From NCBI GenBank assembly GCA_965218785.1, contig OZ244650.1, positions 832,001-896,000 on the forward strand: a stretch of DNA of 64,000 nucleotides, read 5' to 3'. The stretch is from Nitrosopumilus sp. Its GTDB lineage: Archaea; Thermoproteota; Nitrososphaeria; Nitrososphaerales; Nitrosopumilaceae. The position numbers were made by a program, and so were the translations under genes. The notes under the pieces are model-generated. The model did no database searches. It was not told where the DNA came from and was given only the letters and a program-made list of their open reading frames with translations. Shown here one piece after another: positions 63,101 to 64,000 of the stretch (positions are counted from its first letter, which is position 1; each line of letters begins with the position of its first letter).

Positions 63101-64000
63101 ATGCAAATAGGCATTTACAGTTCCGGGTCTGCAGATATTGCGACAAAGACGATAAAAAAAATTCTGGCTTATTCTGAAATAAACTCGTTTTCTCTGACAA
63201 AATCAAAAAATAAGCAGGCTGACTGTATCATAGTACTGGGAGGAGACAAGGGCGTGCGAAACTATTTTCATCATACCTTTGATACCGTCCCGGTACTGGG
63301 GATAAGCGAGGGTGAATCCAGCGGATTTCTGGCACAGATAGATCTTCGGGAATTCTCATCTTATGTCGGTGTCTTGAAAAAACAAAATTACACCGTTGAG
63401 GAGGTGCCGCGTCTTGGCGTAAAAATAGACGGAAAAAACGTCTATCCGGTGTTAAATGATGTGGCGGTATTCTCCTCAAAGAGTGCAATGCTAATGGAGC
63501 ACACCCTGCGAGTCAACGGTGAAGAGGTATGGCATGATAACAGCGACGGAATTATCGTATCCACCCCGATTGGCTCTTCTGCCTACTCCATGTCTGCTGG
63601 CGGTCCCGTCCTGTTTCAGGACTCGATGGTATTTGAGATAATCTCCGTAAACTCCCTTGATGTTACCCGCAGGCCAATCATTGTATCTAATAGCAGTTCG
63701 ATTGAAATTGATGATATCTCTGCGCGACTTCACTGCGAGGTTGTTCTTGACGGGATGGACAGACACAAGGTAAACAAGACCGTCGAGTGCACGCAGTTTT
63801 TTCCTCCGGCAAAAATCATCCGCCTCAAAAAGGATTCCACTGCCATCTCGGCACTTGCAAAAAAGGTGCATCTTGCCGAAGATCTGCTCAGCATGCCTCC
63901 CAGCTCCAAGCTGCTCCTAAAGACACTAGAGTATGAGGGGGCATTGACACAAAAAGACCTGGCAAACAAAACACTTCTTCCTGATAGGACAGTCAGACTG
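63101..64000 (+). CDS. NAD kinase-family protein with C-terminal winged helix (runs off window)
   Basis: VLGGDKG, GFLA, LND, DGIIVSTPIGSSAYSMSAGGP; LTQKDLA..LLPDRTVR. Confidence 0.9.
   Translation, partial: MQIGIYSSGSADIATKTIKKILAYSEINSFSLTKSKNKQADCIIVLGGDKGVRNYFHHTFDTVPVLGISEGESSGFLAQIDLREFSSYVGVLKKQNYTVEEVPRLGVKIDGKNVYPVLNDVAVFSSKSAMLMEHTLRVNGEEVWHDNSDGIIVSTPIGSSAYSMSAGGPVLFQDSMVFEIISVNSLDVTRRPIIVSNSSSIEIDDISARLHCEVVLDGMDRHKVNKTVECTQFFPPAKIIRLKKDSTAISALAKKVHLAEDLLSMPPSSKLLLKTLEYEGALTQKDLANKTLLPDRTVRL

Overview
This window is from an ammonia-oxidising archaeon (Nitrososphaerota, Nitrosopumilaceae-like). The call rests on rps25e, rps26e, rpoK/Rpo6, Alba, archaeal ThrRS and deoxyhypusine synthase. 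The giant NHL adhesin, R-M/TA load and IS decay suggest a host-associated (e.g. sponge) lineage, which is inference. Layout: (1) 1-20.2 kb, a surface-protein locus: small secreted proteins, a decayed IS3-family element, and a ~16.6 kb gene of 8 NHL beta-propellers interleaved with Ig-like domains, an SDSP-repeat stalk and a C-terminal anchor, broken at 7.47, 7.83 and 8.7-9.5 kb. (2) ~21.2-41.6 kb, an AT-rich defence island: IS110 remnant, HEPN-like protein, an AbrB / (CAGA)18 leader / Type III Mod / Res / nuclease operon, an Avs-like nuclease-STAND protein, a Type ISP R-M enzyme, and Panacea-like, PIN and GIY-YIG-like genes. (3) 42-64 kb, core genes interrupted by small accessory inserts (CA/NRAMP, HTH + nucleotidyltransferase, two hicBA modules, IS ends). 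The most notable unexplained signal is a 28-bp intergenic motif (consensus ~YCAATYYGGAGAAGATCNNTATTTCATG, followed 6-14 nt later by CAYTA) found 9 times clearly and several times degenerately. Copies sit as inverted pairs bracketing individual defence/TA gene units, suggesting an undescribed gene-cassette or mobility system. Second is a tetranucleotide repeat placed in a translationally coupled leader ORF rather than in mod itself. All family assignments come from motifs read by eye, not from database searches.
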